Shown one piece after another: positions 1-12,267 of a stretch of DNA of 64,000 nt. The position numbers and the translations under genes are program-made. The first letter of the stretch is position 1. Each line of letters starts with the position of its first letter. A model generated the notes under the pieces. That model was not told the DNA's origin and made no database searches. It saw nothing but the letters and a program-made list of their open reading frames with translations. Location: assembly GCA_977020255.1 (NCBI GenBank), contig CDROCS010002813.1, positions 1 to 64,000 of the forward strand, in the 5' to 3' direction. Source of the DNA: Obrimoposthia wandeli (lineage: Eukaryota).

Positions 1-451
1 TAGAAATTGCCCGGTAAAATCCCCGGTCAAACTAGATATTAATGGTTCCATTCTTTTACCAAATTTAACGTTTACAAATCCGTGACCTTTTGAATAGCAG
101 TTCCATTTTCGGCAATAGTAAATGGTGCTATCAATCACTAGGAAGTTCCAGGTTTTTCTTTTTAATAATCCCTGATCGGCCTCAAAAGAACGTAACCACA
201 GCCCTCTAACACCTTCAACTATTTGCCGATATGCCGCAGAATAATCAATTTCACATAATTCAGCATAATTTTTTCACTGTTATAAATATATTATCTGGTC
301 AAATTTTATAAGAACATTTTTTGAAGAATCTCTTTTCAAGTTGAGTAAACTCATAAAAATAATCTTTTTAGCAGTCCCATCCCAATTAAAGCTGGTCTTT
401 GCATGTTGCGATGTATATATTTCTTATCTTCAATATTTCCGATCGATTCGT
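1..451 (-). pseudogene. Partial, indel-damaged copy of the Rep_3 initiator
   Basis: Matches 35793-36260. Frameshifts are probably sequencing errors. Confidence 0.85.
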
Positions 452-518
452 TACTAATCTGCTATTCTCTTTTAGTTATTAAATAATATGGCGCTTTAAC
501 TGCCTGCAATAATTAATT

Positions 519-640
519 TGCCATTGTTCACTGACTAGCTTCTGTTGTTTCTGACTAGCTGCCATTGTTTCACTGACTAGCTGCCATTGTTTCACTGACT
601 AGCTGCCATTTGTTTCACTGACTAGCTGCCATTGTTTCAT
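519..640. repeat. Damaged copy of the 22-bp iteron array
   Basis: tgccattgtttcactgactagc repeats with indels. Confidence 0.9.
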
Positions 641-1765
641 GCTAAAAATCTTTTGGATTCATATGTTTACATTACCCCCAATAGAATAATAGATTTAATA
701 TAAATAATAAAAATAAGAGTCACTAGCTTTCAGGCTGTGGATAAGTTTCATATTGATAACTTTCATAAGCTCAAGATTGCAACAATTACTAAATGATTTG
801 ATGCTTTATTGATTTCGCTCCGCGTCAAATTTTTTATTTTAATAGATGTGATCAACATATTAACAATATCAGAATTAAATATGTATCGTACTCGTTATAT
901 GTATTTTTTTGATAAATATAATTAATAATAATGCAAAGTAGCGCTATTTTATCTTTAGAGAGTTAAGTGCCATTGAGCTCATGTACAAAGGGTGGGGGAT
1001 CTATCAGTTATATTGACTTTTAATTTAATGAGGGTTTTTATTTTTCTATAAAATACGCAGAAATCGACCGGGTTGTATTTGTATGTTTATCAAACGCTTC
1101 TACATTTCTTGTTTCCTATTTTCCTATACTCTTTTTTTTTTAGTTGTATATATTTACTGCTAACCTCTTGATTCTATAGAATAGTATTGCATCTATTGAG
1201 TTAAATATTCATTCTCATTAAGTAAGTCTTCAAGTTCATGTCTTCTTCCTATTTCAGTGTTAAGTTTATCGTTTTTAATTGATGATCGCCTAGGGCAAAT
1301 AATTTTTATGGTGTATTCAATTTCAGTTTCTTTATTAAAACCACTCCAAATGTGATTGATATCTTGAATAAATTACTCCTTTTTATTCCCATTTATTTTT
1401 ACTGTTTTCTTAAATACATTTGTCTCTTCTGTAACCTAGCCATCATTGAGGAAGTGATCTTGTTATCAAAAGCCGATACGCTAGATCCTCCCATCGTGAC
1501 ATAATTAACTATATTGAATGCTATTCAGAGCGATATAGTTCATTTTGTGTCTCATTTGCCAAAATAAACATAATCCCATTGCTCTGTGTCTCTTGGGTGT
1601 CGTGAGTCGGTGCACAATGTGAGTTTGCATTATGTAATCAATTCTCAGTATTAGGGCCATTTGTATGCACCGTTTGTGTATAAGATTGAGCGCTAATTAT
1701 AATTCATACTCACGATGATTTAATAAACGTTATTGCATTGATTTTAATATTTTTAGGATTCTTTT

Positions 1766-2785
1766 ATGGCAAAAATAACAGCAGTTATGTGATAAAAAAT
1801 ACAAGGTTTCCCATAGGGTTCACTTTGTTTAAAGTGGAACTTCTAGACTAAGGATATTTTAAATATTACCCAGAAGCGTGCAGGTTTTTATTACTCAAAG
1901 AACTAGATGCTTTTAGTGATTTAACTCAAGAGGGGTTCTTAAAAAGGAAAGATTTTACTGTTAGGAAGTTACTGCAGTTTTTTTAGGTTATCAGTATGAC
2001 AGATTTGAGTTAAATCAAATTTCAGAACAACACAAACAAGTTGAGCTTAGATTCAATAATCTAGAAGAAGGTTTTTTAAATTTAATATCATTCAAAGTAT
2101 CAAGAAAGCAGATAGAAAAGTACGTTTAGGATCATGCTATGGTTTGGGTTCGAGCTGCTTATGGATTTGTTAAATAGGCATTCAGAAAATAATTTCAATC
2201 CATGTCCAAAAATTAAAAAACAGGTATATCGTCCCCCCACAATTCCAAGTAAAGGTGATATTGATAAATTAATATCTCTTGCTGTTGAGCCAAGAGCAAA
2301 GATGTTTATATTTATGTATTGCATGTGTTGCGTGTCAGTGAGGTTATGGCATTACGATGGGATAGAGTTGATGATGAGAAAATCATAATGGAATCATCAC
2401 ACGGTTAACGATAAGATATTGCGTGGTCATAAATCTGGACATTACCGGGTGATTAAAATTTTGCTCTCAATTTTCGGTGCTATATAAATCGCTTGATAGA
2501 AACTCAGAGTTTTTAATCTACAATCAAAGTAACCCCAAGGGGTTTCTTTCTGAAATAAAATGTTCATAGCTAATCAGATTAAGAAAGCATAGGGAGGCTG
2601 GTGTCACTTGTACGGTTCATGATTTACGACATTATGCAATATCGCTTGCATGGATTCGTGAGGTAGGGATATCATTCAGGTGCAGCATATGGCTGGTCCT
2701 ACTGATAATGGGTACAACGTTAAAAATCTATGGTCATTTGCTGAATGAGCCTGCTCTATTGTTTCTAGGGCTTGGAATTGGCTAA
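1766..2785 (+). pseudogene. Frameshifted copy of the integrase (37599-38624)
   Basis: Near-identical DNA with indels. Confidence 0.85.
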
Positions 2786-2965
2786 AAATTAAGAGAACAA
2801 AGGAAGGATCTAACGCCGAAAGTTATGTATATTGACCCAAGAATAGAACATATTGGAACTTCCCAAAAAACCTTTAGTGGAAAACCTATATACAACATAT
2901 TTCTGAGTGGCGGTTTCTTTAGTGTTTCGTGTTAAATATTTGATGAGCGTGTTTTGATGGGGGTT

Positions 2966-5053
2966 ATGGCTAGATATAAAAAAAGTTACGTGTTGAAGCC
3001 ACTCTCTGTGTTTAACTTACGACTGGCAGAAAAAACAGGATTAGCTCTTACTCGATACTTTAGTATCAGAGCAAACAATATACAACTGGAAGAAGTCACA
3101 TCCTGACTTTAAGAACGCAGTTGATAATGCCAGAGACCAATTAAATGTTATTGTTAACAGCGCAATATTAAAAAATGTAACAAGAATAAAATTACAAAAA
3201 GGAAGTGGTCCAGATGGACCAACAAGCTCAGTACTCCTCCTCAAGCTGCGAATATGACTGTTGCACTTAAAGCCGGGATAGGGGGCTTGCGTTCCTATAG
3301 AAGAAAAAGAGCGCCGCGAGTTTTATTAAGCGCGTAATTGCTCAGAAAATAAGAGGGGATCTAACTTGTATCGAGGCAATGCAGAAAATTGAAGGTGAGG
3401 TTATAACGCTCAGAAGTCATTAAGAGTTAGAAGCTAAGATTGAATTGAATAAATCTTCAGGTGATTCATTCCTAAAATAGCATACTCACTGATGAACAAA
3501 AAGAACAAAAGAACCGTTTCATGGAACTGACAACTAAAATTGAAGATGACTAGTGTTGCAACACTTAAAAAATAAAACTAGTAATGATGAAGTTATCTTC
3601 TTAGTATCAAGCAGAAGTGTGAAGACTCGTTTTTGATTTTTTTGTGAAATACTTCTTCAAGATTCAGTATGGGAAAGGAGTTTGGGTGGTCTTGGCATCA
3701 TCAGCAGATAGCCGATGTTTTGATGGATGTTTATCATGGAAGAAAGACACATGTAATTATTAATATACCACCAAGATATAGCAAAACTGAGTTAATCGTT
3801 AAGATGTTCAATGCATGGACATTTGCCAAAAATCAAAGAAGTGTTACAGTCTTCACTTATCATATTCCAAAACATTGGCGTTGGGTAACTCATGTAAAAT
3901 AATTGATATAATCAAAACTTCTGAATATCAGGAACTATGGCCAGCAACAGATATACCAAAAAGATAAATCCGCAAAAGAACAATGGGAAACAGTATCAGG
4001 GGTCATTTAAAGCTGGACCAGCGGGGGTTCTGTCACTGGTTTTGGTGCCGGGAGCCTAGAAGAATTAAGTGCTGATGGTAAGTTCACTTACTATGGTGCC
4101 ATTTTATTGATGATCCGTTAAAGCCTGATGATGCAAGATTTGAGATTGTCAGAACAGCAACAAACGACAGATGGGATGAAACAACAAAGAACAGACGGAA
4201 CAGTCCGTCAACTCCAGTTGTTGTTGTTATGCAGCGATTGCATGAAGAGAATTTTGCCGCAATGCTTCTAGATGATAAAAAAGGAGTTCCAAGTGGCATC
4301 AGTGGATTTTACCTGCCATTCTAAATGAGAATACCGAACAAGAAGAGGCTCTTTGGCCAGCAATGCATACATTAGAAATGTTGCATGAAATGAAGAAAAA
4401 ACAAATACGTCTTCAGTGGTCGTATCAACAATCTCCATCACCTAAAGGCGGAAAGATTAAAAGAGGAATGGTATATGTTATAAATCAAAAAGATAGAAGA
4501 TTATGCAACGCTGTAATTTTTCTTTATGACTGCAGATACGGCATACACACATCAGATAATGCAAATGATCCATCTGTTATTCAACTTTGGGGAGCTGAAT
4601 CAGCAACTAGATTGTATTTAGTTGATCAGATTAAAGGGTTTTAGAATTTCCAGAATTATTAACTAACGTCACTAAATTTTGGAATAAGTACACCGTTAAC
4701 GTCAATCACAGACCTCCAGCTAACTTGTATATTGAGTCAAAAGCGTCAGGCCTATCATTAGTCCAAACATTAAAAAGAAATGGGATACCTACTAAAGGTT
4801 GGAATCCTAAGCATTATAAATTCCCAATTGATAAAGTTGGCCGAGTTAACGAGGCTTCATGAATATTATGTCCGGTGATATTTGGATACCAATAGATGCA
4901 TATTGGGTTCAAGGGTTCATCGATGAGTGGTCTAAATTCACAAATAATGATACTCATAAAGAAGATGATCAGATTGATGGAGGTACAATGGCGATTTCAA
5001 TTTGGAGGAAGTTTGGCGGAGGAACTACCAATCTCCAATTGCATGAAAAATGA
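2966..5053 (+). pseudogene. Frameshifted copies of terS and terL
   Basis: Matches 38801-40886 with indels. Confidence 0.85.
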
Positions 5054-5101
5054 TGGGTTTAATTTTTAGAAAAATCACTTCATAAAAAAGGAAAAAGACA
5101 A

Positions 5102-5371
5102 ATGTGGATACACAGTAAAAATAATGTAAGCGTTAATTTATCTAATGTGATTACTATAAATATAGACGGATGTTGCTTGATTTTTGGGAGTGCTGTAACT
5201 GACAATGTTAATATTGAATGGAAGTTTAAATCTGAGGAGGAAGCTAAAATTGCACTAGTAGAAATTCATACTGGTTCATTCTCTAGGGAGATAATGATTC
5301 CCATAAACATGACAAAAAGAAGTCCGTTCCAACCCCCAATGCCAAAACCCCCAAGATCAATAATTAAATAA
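5102..5371 (+). CDS. Hypothetical protein, Pro-rich C-terminus (copy of 40935-41204)
   Basis: Identical 89-aa ORF in both copies. Confidence 0.75.
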   Translation: MWIHSKNNVSVNLSNVITINIDGCCLIFGSAVTDNVNIEWKFKSEEEAKIALVEIHTGSFSREIMIPINMTKRSPFQPPMPKPPRSIIK

Positions 5372-5431
5372 GATATTATAAGTTTAATTTCCAGAAAACA
5401 GTTACATACTTATGTAAACTAGGAGAAACAC

Positions 5432-5893
5432 ATGAATAAGACACAAAGAAATGCATTATATTTTGTAGGCAAGTACAGAGATTTAACTAAGGAGAGTAAA
5501 GAACCTATAGATTTATTTAATAGCCTCCGATCGCTTTCGTATATTGCAAATCAGATTGCAGAAAAATCAGCGTGTGGTGTATTTGATAAAAGTGAGCATT
5601 CTGATTATAACCAAACTATTAATAGAAATTTTGGTGACATTAATACAACTGAATCTAACTCTGTATCTTTTTCTGTATTTTTTGCACGTTGGGAGTATTC
5701 GAGTAAAGAAATCAACAGTTGTCTTATTGAGTCTGAATCAGCTCAAAAAGCATGGGATGAACTCACTGAAACACTAATAGGAACTTATGCAGTAATTACT
5801 CATTTTAAGTGTGTAGAACCGAATATTAAAAAATATATGTGTTCTAACGCTGAACTAGCTGAAACTGAACACAACAATAAATTAGGGGGTTGA
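5432..5893 (+). CDS. Hypothetical protein (copy of 41265-41726)
   Basis: AGGAG Shine-Dalgarno; identical in both copies. Confidence 0.8.
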   Translation: MNKTQRNALYFVGKYRDLTKESKEPIDLFNSLRSLSYIANQIAEKSACGVFDKSEHSDYNQTINRNFGDINTTESNSVSFSVFFARWEYSSKEINSCLIESESAQKAWDELTETLIGTYAVITHFKCVEPNIKKYMCSNAELAETEHNNKLGG

Positions 5894-5894
5894 A

Positions 5895-6284
5895 ATGGAT
5901 CGATTGATTGTAAACCGCACCGAGCAAGAAGATTGCACGTTGGGCGTAGTAAATTATAAAGAGTTTCGCTGTTTTAGCTTGGAGTTACCGAACAAGGACA
6001 ATCAAGTAAACGTTTCTTGTATCCCTTATGGGATTTATGAATGCGAAAAATACTATAGCGACAAATACGGAACAACTTGCTTTAGAGTGCTCAATGTCGT
6101 TGGGCGTTCTGCTATTGCAGGGCATTATGGTAATTATACGAGCGATATACTAGGCTGTTTAATTTTTGGCGATAGCATTGCGGATATTAATAATGATGGT
6201 GTGCCAGATGTAACAAATTCAAGAGTGACGCTATCTAAGCTTATTGATTTATTACCTGATAGGTTTCAAATGATTATTAAATAG
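5895..6284 (+). CDS. DUF5675-like protein (copy of 41728-42117)
   Basis: SLELP...SCIPYG.Y and HYGN..SDILGCL motifs. Confidence 0.75.
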   Translation: MDRLIVNRTEQEDCTLGVVNYKEFRCFSLELPNKDNQVNVSCIPYGIYECEKYYSDKYGTTCFRVLNVVGRSAIAGHYGNYTSDILGCLIFGDSIADINNDGVPDVTNSRVTLSKLIDLLPDRFQMIIK

Positions 6285-6340
6285 CTCTAGTTTGTTTGGT
6301 TAATTGACTACAGAACTATATGATTTATTAAGGATTTCAA

Positions 6341-7765
6341 ATGAAAAGAAGTCGCGCTCAGAAACCAAGAGTTTCAAAAAAGCAGCAACAGATTAAAAAC
6401 TCCTCATTTGGTTCTAATAATCCAGAATCATTTAATTCTGCACTTAGTTCAAAACGAGCTGGAGCTGGGGGGTGTACTGATTTAAGTAGTTCATATCATG
6501 TTAATCTAAATCCAAGAGTATTTGAGCAGCGAATAAGAGATGCATATGCTCTTTACAAAAATACTTGGGAAGGTAAAAAAATCATCAATATCCCGTTTTT
6601 GATATTTTGCGGAATGGTTGGAACTATGAAGGTTTATCAAAAGAAGATAATCAAGCAATCGTAAATGAAAACATAAGTCTCCATCTGTTAACTAGAATGA
6701 AAGAGGCTATGCGGCTTGAAAGATTAATAGGCGGAGCTGTGATTTTCATGGGAGTTTCTGATGGTGCAACATCTCCTGCAGAGCCTTTGATGCTTAGTAG
6801 AGTTCAAAAACTCTCTCAAATTTTTTAAATACTATTTCAAGACATAGAATCTCAGATGTATCGTATGATGATAATCCACTTTCAAGTTCATACGGTCGCC
6901 CTGATGCATATATGATCAATGGTCAAAAAGTTCATAGTTCACGATTAATAATTTTTGACGGCGATCCTAACTCAATCAAAAGTGATTCTAGTTTGAGTGG
7001 TGATGATGTTAATGATGGATTTGGGGAGTCGGTATTAACTCCAATTTATTATGAAATAATTAGAGCAATTGGAACTCGTCAAGCCGCCTTTCAATTAGTA
7101 AATAAATCGGGTCAGTTTTTCATTTTCATGGAAAAGCGATGCTTGAAGCGACAAAGCAAGGTCAAGTAGCTTTGAGTGAAGTAGAAAAAATGATGGCTGA
7201 ATTGAGCGCGTATCAAGCTGCTATTATTAATTCAGATGCATCAAACCCGGCTTCTATGGAAACTATCTCTCCCAATTTCGCTAGTATTCCTGAATTAGTT
7301 GATAAATTTCTTCAGGTTCTTAGTGCCGCATCAGATATTCCTGCAACTCGCTTTCTTGGCCAAGCCCCTGGAGGGTTGAATGCTACAGGTGAGTCAGATT
7401 TAGAAAATTACTATGGTAGATTAGAATCAGAGCAAGAATTGATTTTAAAACCAAAGCTTGAGCAACTATTGGAAGTGATCGGGCGTTCCGCGATCGGAGA
7501 TTCATTTAATAGTGAATTGGTTTCTGTTACGTTTGATCCGTTATGGTCATTGTCTGAAACAACTCAAGTTGCAAATGATAAAGTTGTTGCAGATAAATAT
7601 GCAGTGTTTGTTACTGCTGGAATGTTAAGTTCTTCAGAAGCTAAACTAGGAGCAGAAAAAGAAGGCGCAATTCCTGATGATATTGCTTTAGATAATCTTG
7701 CTGATGAATCTGACGATGTAGATATTTCAAGTGAAGTTGACAGATTGAAGGGACTGTTACCATGA
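6341..7765 (+). pseudogene. Frameshifted copy of the portal gene
   Basis: Fragments 6341-6664, 6607-6828, 6912-7169 and 7139-7765 join to give the 477-aa ORF at 42174. Confidence 0.9.
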
Positions 7766-8595
7766 TAATTTCATCTGATGATATTGAGAACAATAGGAAG
7801 AATGAAAGAATTTCACAACCCATTCGTCCAAGTCGGGGAATTGAATCAGATTATCGTAATGCATTGTATGATATTACTCGTCTTATCAATTCAAAGACCA
7901 AAGATTTAATATCAATAATTGCTAGTGGCGCAGAACATACTATAATTGCAAATGATATATTAAGATTCATTGAAGATTCAAACGCAGGGATTGCAATTGA
8001 AGCAAATAGAATTGCTACTCAATTTGCTCAACAATCTAGCATTCAGAACAAAGAACGATTTGAATCAATGCTTAGACAGTCTTTGAATGCGGATTTTTTA
8101 ACTGTGATTGATGGCTCAGAAGTAAGCAATGTTTTAAATACTGTTAGAGTCACTAATGTTGGTTTGATTAAAACGATTCCAGACCAACACTGGGGTAAAG
8201 TTCTGCAGGCTGTTAACGATAATTTATCTGGAACATTAGATATGCCGTTAACATCTCGTTTAAAACAGATTTCTGGAATTACAACGCGAAGAGCTAAATT
8301 TATAGCGCGTGACCAGACACAAAAAGCCGTTAGTCAACTGAATCAAGCAAGACAATTAGATACAGGAATAACTGAATACAAATGGTTAACGTCAGAAGAT
8401 GAACGAGTAGTTGGTAATCCTAGTGGTCTTTATCCAAAAGGAAACTCTAAACATATGAATCATTTCAAACGTAATGGAAAAGTATTTAAATGGTCTGAAC
8501 CACCAGGAGATGGACATCCGGGTAATGCAATTAATTGTCGATGTGTAGCTATCCCTGTTATTAATATGGATGAGCTGAATTTACAGGTAATGTAA
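7762..8595 (+). CDS. Minor head / head morphogenesis protein (Mu F, SPP1 gp7-like)
   Basis: RAKFIARDQT, YKWLTSEDERV and HPGNAINCRC motifs; follows the portal. Confidence 0.9.
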   Translation: MIISSDDIENNRKNERISQPIRPSRGIESDYRNALYDITRLINSKTKDLISIIASGAEHTIIANDILRFIEDSNAGIAIEANRIATQFAQQSSIQNKERFESMLRQSLNADFLTVIDGSEVSNVLNTVRVTNVGLIKTIPDQHWGKVLQAVNDNLSGTLDMPLTSRLKQISGITTRRAKFIARDQTQKAVSQLNQARQLDTGITEYKWLTSEDERVVGNPSGLYPKGNSKHMNHFKRNGKVFKWSEPPGDGHPGNAINCRCVAIPVINMDELNLQVM

Positions 8596-9701
8596 TGATA
8601 ACAAGAATTGAGAACAACCAATGGTGCATTGATCCTGATACTGGATTCTTAACCATCAACATAGCTTTACTGAAAGCAGGTGATATGATGTATCACCGTT
8701 CTGAGCTTATAGACTCGCTTCCTGAGTGTATAAAATCAGATGAAATTATTATGAACGTTCCTGAATCTGAGATTAGTTCTCAAGCAAGTTTGATTTCAGC
8801 TCAAGGTTGTCTTGCTGTTGATGGCCACATTTGGCAAGATATCAATACTTCTAGTGATTCAATTGGTCATGTGAAAGGAATTCCATATTTTCAAAATGGT
8901 TATGTTTACGCATCATTAGTTCTGACAAATAAGATTGCCATAGATAAAGTGATCTCTGGTGAGCTAGTTGATGTTTCTAGTGCGTATGATAGTGATGTCA
9001 TTTGGAGTGATGAAACTGGAACTCAATCTGAAATACGATACAATCATATTGCATTACTCCCTGAAGGGAGAGGAAGAGCAGGTAAAACTGTAAGAATTTT
9101 AAACCAGAAGATGGAGTCAAAAATGGAAGTGACGAAAGTTCGCCTTAGTAATGGCGCTATTATTAGTGTGTTGAATGAAGATTCAGGTGCATTAGCGCAA
9201 GCGGATAAAGAGCAATCCGATAAAATTACCAACATGATAGATCCTGCCACATTTCAAGAAACTCTTGATAAATTGGCCGAGGTAAACAATCAAATTACAG
9301 CGCTAACAGAAAGTAAATCTGATTTAGAAGGACAGATTTCCGCATTACGTGATCAACTTGATTCAGCCTTGTCTCCAGAGCAGATTGAAACTGCTGCTGC
9401 AGAGATGGTTGAAAACCAAGATAACGCTGAAAAGATTATGAACTCTAAAGGTCTTAAGCTTGATACTACATTGAAAGGTCAAGAGTTAAAGCGTCACGTT
9501 GTAGCTCAGGTTCGAGTTGCTAACTCGAAACCATTGACTGAAGATGAATTAAAAAATGATTCAATGATTAATGGGATGTTTTCAGTTTATGCGGATGCAA
9601 CGGTTGCTCCTACGGGTCATTCAATTTTTAATAATGGACAGAGAATTAATAACTCCGTAGAAAAAGTGGATATGAAAAAACGTTTATGGGGGGAAAAATA
9701 A
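8595..9701 (+). CDS. Capsid maturation protease/scaffold (DUF2213-like)
   Basis: ELVDVSSAYD and YNHIALLPEGRGRAG motifs; coiled-coil C-terminal half. Confidence 0.85.
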   Translation: MITRIENNQWCIDPDTGFLTINIALLKAGDMMYHRSELIDSLPECIKSDEIIMNVPESEISSQASLISAQGCLAVDGHIWQDINTSSDSIGHVKGIPYFQNGYVYASLVLTNKIAIDKVISGELVDVSSAYDSDVIWSDETGTQSEIRYNHIALLPEGRGRAGKTVRILNQKMESKMEVTKVRLSNGAIISVLNEDSGALAQADKEQSDKITNMIDPATFQETLDKLAEVNNQITALTESKSDLEGQISALRDQLDSALSPEQIETAAAEMVENQDNAEKIMNSKGLKLDTTLKGQELKRHVVAQVRVANSKPLTEDELKNDSMINGMFSVYADATVAPTGHSIFNNGQRINNSVEKVDMKKRLWGEK

Positions 9702-10243
9702 TGGATTTCGTTCAAGCTACGTACACTGATTGTTTTGATCGCGGATTTCCGGGACAAATTTTTAACCCGGCTTCAACTGATGGAAATTCTTCGTTTCATT
9801 ATCCTACTAGTACGCCTGTTTTTATTGGCCGAGCTGTTAAGGGTGTAGCCCTTACTGATGAAAATAATATTGCATCTGGTATTGCTCTTGCTGATGTAGA
9901 TGGAATTACTGAAGCTACAGAAATTGTAGGTATTGTAATTTCTGATAAGCAAGCATCTGTTGATGATGATGGTAATGCATACCTTCCAGCCAATACTATG
10001 GCAACGGTTATGCGTTTTGATGAAAGTGGGTTAATTTATTCTAGAGTCGTCGTTGCTGTTGCGGCAGGTGATTCTGTTTTTGTTGCTACTGCTGCTGTTA
10101 ATGATGCAAATATTGCAGTTGGTGAATTCACTAATGCTGCTGGTACTGGTCTTTTAGATACTACTTTGAAATTCTATAAGGGCGCTGATGCTGGTAAAGC
10201 TTCAGTTATTTCTATGAAAGCTATTGTTCCTGTTGCTCCATAA
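9701..10243 (+). CDS. Head decoration/cement protein
   Basis: Lies between scaffold and major capsid genes. TAATG overlap favours the start at 9701 (MDFVQ). Confidence 0.7.
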   Translation: MDFVQATYTDCFDRGFPGQIFNPASTDGNSSFHYPTSTPVFIGRAVKGVALTDENNIASGIALADVDGITEATEIVGIVISDKQASVDDDGNAYLPANTMATVMRFDESGLIYSRVVVAVAAGDSVFVATAAVNDANIAVGEFTNAAGTGLLDTTLKFYKGADAGKASVISMKAIVPVAP

Positions 10244-10290
10244 ACAGATTATACTTTCTGTAAACTAGACTATTTCTAACAAAAGGAAAT

Positions 10291-11301
10291 ATGATGAGTA
10301 AAAAAATTACTACAGCCATGCGCATTATGAATGCTGGCTATGAGTTAGGAAATGCAACGGATGTAACTAGCTCTTACAATCTAACAGTAGAATCGTTTGA
10401 AGATATCAAATCTGGGTTTATTGAGGCTAAATACCCCGGTTTTCTTTGGAATCAAGTTATTGACGAAGCGGCAATTGATACATCAATTAATGTTGGTGCT
10501 CGCAAAGCTTCTTATCGAGTTCGAGATAAGTCTGGCATGGGTGCTTTTGTTAATACAGTTGGTTCTAATATTCCAACAGTTGGAACTGGGCTTGGAAAAG
10601 TTGAAGTTCCAATTGAACTTGCTGCTGTTTCTGATGTTGTTACTCTTGATGAAGCCCGAGAGGTTTCGTTTGGTCACTCAGTAAATCTAATTACTGATCA
10701 TGGCGAGGTAATGCGTGAGGCTGCAGAGCGTCATGTTGAGCGAACTTTCTTTTTTGGTAGTGATAGCGTTAATTTCCGTGGATTTTTGGATTATCCATTT
10801 ACTCCAGCAACTACTGCATCAACAAAAGCGGCAGGTGGGACTGAGTGGGTTAACGCCACTGGTGATGAAATTGCTTTTGATGTAAATAATGCAATCTCAA
10901 CAATCTGGGTTAATACGCGTCAAATCGCCTTGGCTGGTTCTGTTTATCTTCCATCATCTCAATATGCGCTAATTGCAACTAAGCGTATTAGTGAATCAAC
11001 AGATGGTACGGCTCAAACAGTTATGCAATTCCTTAAGATGAATAACGTATACACTGCTAGAACTGGTATTCCTTTAGATATCTTCCCACTTCATTATCTT
11101 GATGAGCAAGGGGTTGGTGATACTGATCGTATGAAAGTAAAAGTTAAAGACCCTGCAAATGATTGGCTTCCGTTCCCTGAGCTATTTAATGTTTTACCTC
11201 CGCAGTTGGAAGGATTAAACACTCGTTTGTATGCTACATATACATTTGGTTCTTATCATAACCGCTTCCCTCTTGAAGCTGTTTATGTCGATGGTATATA
11301 G
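10291..11301 (+). CDS. Major capsid protein (DUF2184/encapsulin-like HK97 fold)
   Basis: 336 aa; FFFGSDSVNFRGFLDYP motif; position in the head module. Confidence 0.88.
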   Translation: MMSKKITTAMRIMNAGYELGNATDVTSSYNLTVESFEDIKSGFIEAKYPGFLWNQVIDEAAIDTSINVGARKASYRVRDKSGMGAFVNTVGSNIPTVGTGLGKVEVPIELAAVSDVVTLDEAREVSFGHSVNLITDHGEVMREAAERHVERTFFFGSDSVNFRGFLDYPFTPATTASTKAAGGTEWVNATGDEIAFDVNNAISTIWVNTRQIALAGSVYLPSSQYALIATKRISESTDGTAQTVMQFLKMNNVYTARTGIPLDIFPLHYLDEQGVGDTDRMKVKVKDPANDWLPFPELFNVLPPQLEGLNTRLYATYTFGSYHNRFPLEAVYVDGI

Positions 11302-11309
11302 GAGTAATT

Positions 11310-11669
11310 ATGGCTAAGGTTTTTGTTGGAAATACGATGAAGCGAGTATTCATCATTCCATCTGCAGTATCTAAAGATGGTGCGGTTAAAGGTTCTATCT
11401 CAATAAATCCGGGTTGTATTGTTGAGGCTGATAAAGAGCTTATTGATTTACATAAAAAGGAATCTAGAGCTTTTAAAGCTCTAATTTCTGGAAATCATAT
11501 TATGGTGCAATCTAAGATGTTTAATCTTAGTAATGTTATGCAGCGTAATCCTGATTCTAAAAAAGCTCCAATTCAGCTTAGTGTGGATAAAAAAGTTGAA
11601 ATTAAAGGCACTCAAACAATTACTCTTGAATCAAGTTCTGCTCCTGAAGGCACTCAAGGAGGTGAATAA
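11310..11669 (+). CDS. Hypothetical head-associated protein
   Basis: GGAG Shine-Dalgarno; position after the major capsid gene. Confidence 0.7.
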   Translation: MAKVFVGNTMKRVFIIPSAVSKDGAVKGSISINPGCIVEADKELIDLHKKESRAFKALISGNHIMVQSKMFNLSNVMQRNPDSKKAPIQLSVDKKVEIKGTQTITLESSSAPEGTQGGE

Positions 11670-11866
11670 TGTGGGTAACTAATCATACGCGTAAAACAAT
11701 TACCGTTGCCAGCGTAGATCTACCTGTTGATAAGCCTGTTGAAATTGATGAGGCGTCTTTTCTTAATGCAGTTAAGAGAAATGATTCAATTCGACAATTG
11801 GTGTTAAATCGCAAGATATCAGCAGTTAAGACGTTATCGCCTAAAAAAGGAAGGCTTAAAGCATGA
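11669..11866 (+). CDS. Hypothetical protein
   Basis: GGAGG Shine-Dalgarno; TAATG overlap. Confidence 0.7.
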   Translation: MWVTNHTRKTITVASVDLPVDKPVEIDEASFLNAVKRNDSIRQLVLNRKISAVKTLSPKKGRLKA

Positions 11867-12267
11867 ATGCAGATCTAGTGACATTTAAAATATTATTCAA
11901 TGAATTTGATTCTGTTCCAGATGTTAAAATTCAACTGTACATTGATGATGCTAAAGATGCACTAGATAAAAGTGCTTGGGGCTTGTGTTACGACAAAGCG
12001 GTTTTATGGTTGACCGCTCATAACCTCTCAATGAGTATGCAAAGAAATGTTAACTCGTCAGAAGATGAGAACGGTAATATAGAACTTGCTCAAACTGGTG
12101 TGTTAACTAATGCTACTGCTAATGGTCTTACTGTAGGTTTTGCTGCTAGTCCATCAGCATCTAGCGATGGTGGATACTGGTATGCACAATCAACTTACGG
12201 TCAAAGATATTTAGCTTTGATGAAAGAGTGCTTATCACCTGCTCGGATTGTGCGCTGTGGCAATTAG
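11863..12267 (+). CDS. Head-tail adaptor (DUF4054-like)
   Basis: F..LFNEF, LWLTAH and WYAQSTYGQRYL motifs. Confidence 0.85.
   Translation: MNADLVTFKILFNEFDSVPDVKIQLYIDDAKDALDKSAWGLCYDKAVLWLTAHNLSMSMQRNVNSSEDENGNIELAQTGVLTNATANGLTVGFAASPSASSDGGYWYAQSTYGQRYLALMKECLSPARIVRCGN

Larger units (their letters stand above)
1..7761. repeat. Error-rich duplicate of 35793-43603 (rep to portal)
   Basis: Position 1 (tagaaattgcccggtaaaat) matches 35793. Same gene order, with many indels that fade inward. Confidence 0.97.

Noticed and set aside
1-7761. Apparent decayed prophage with many pseudogenes
   Set aside because: Each is an indel-damaged duplicate of an intact gene in the core, and damage tracks distance from the window end.
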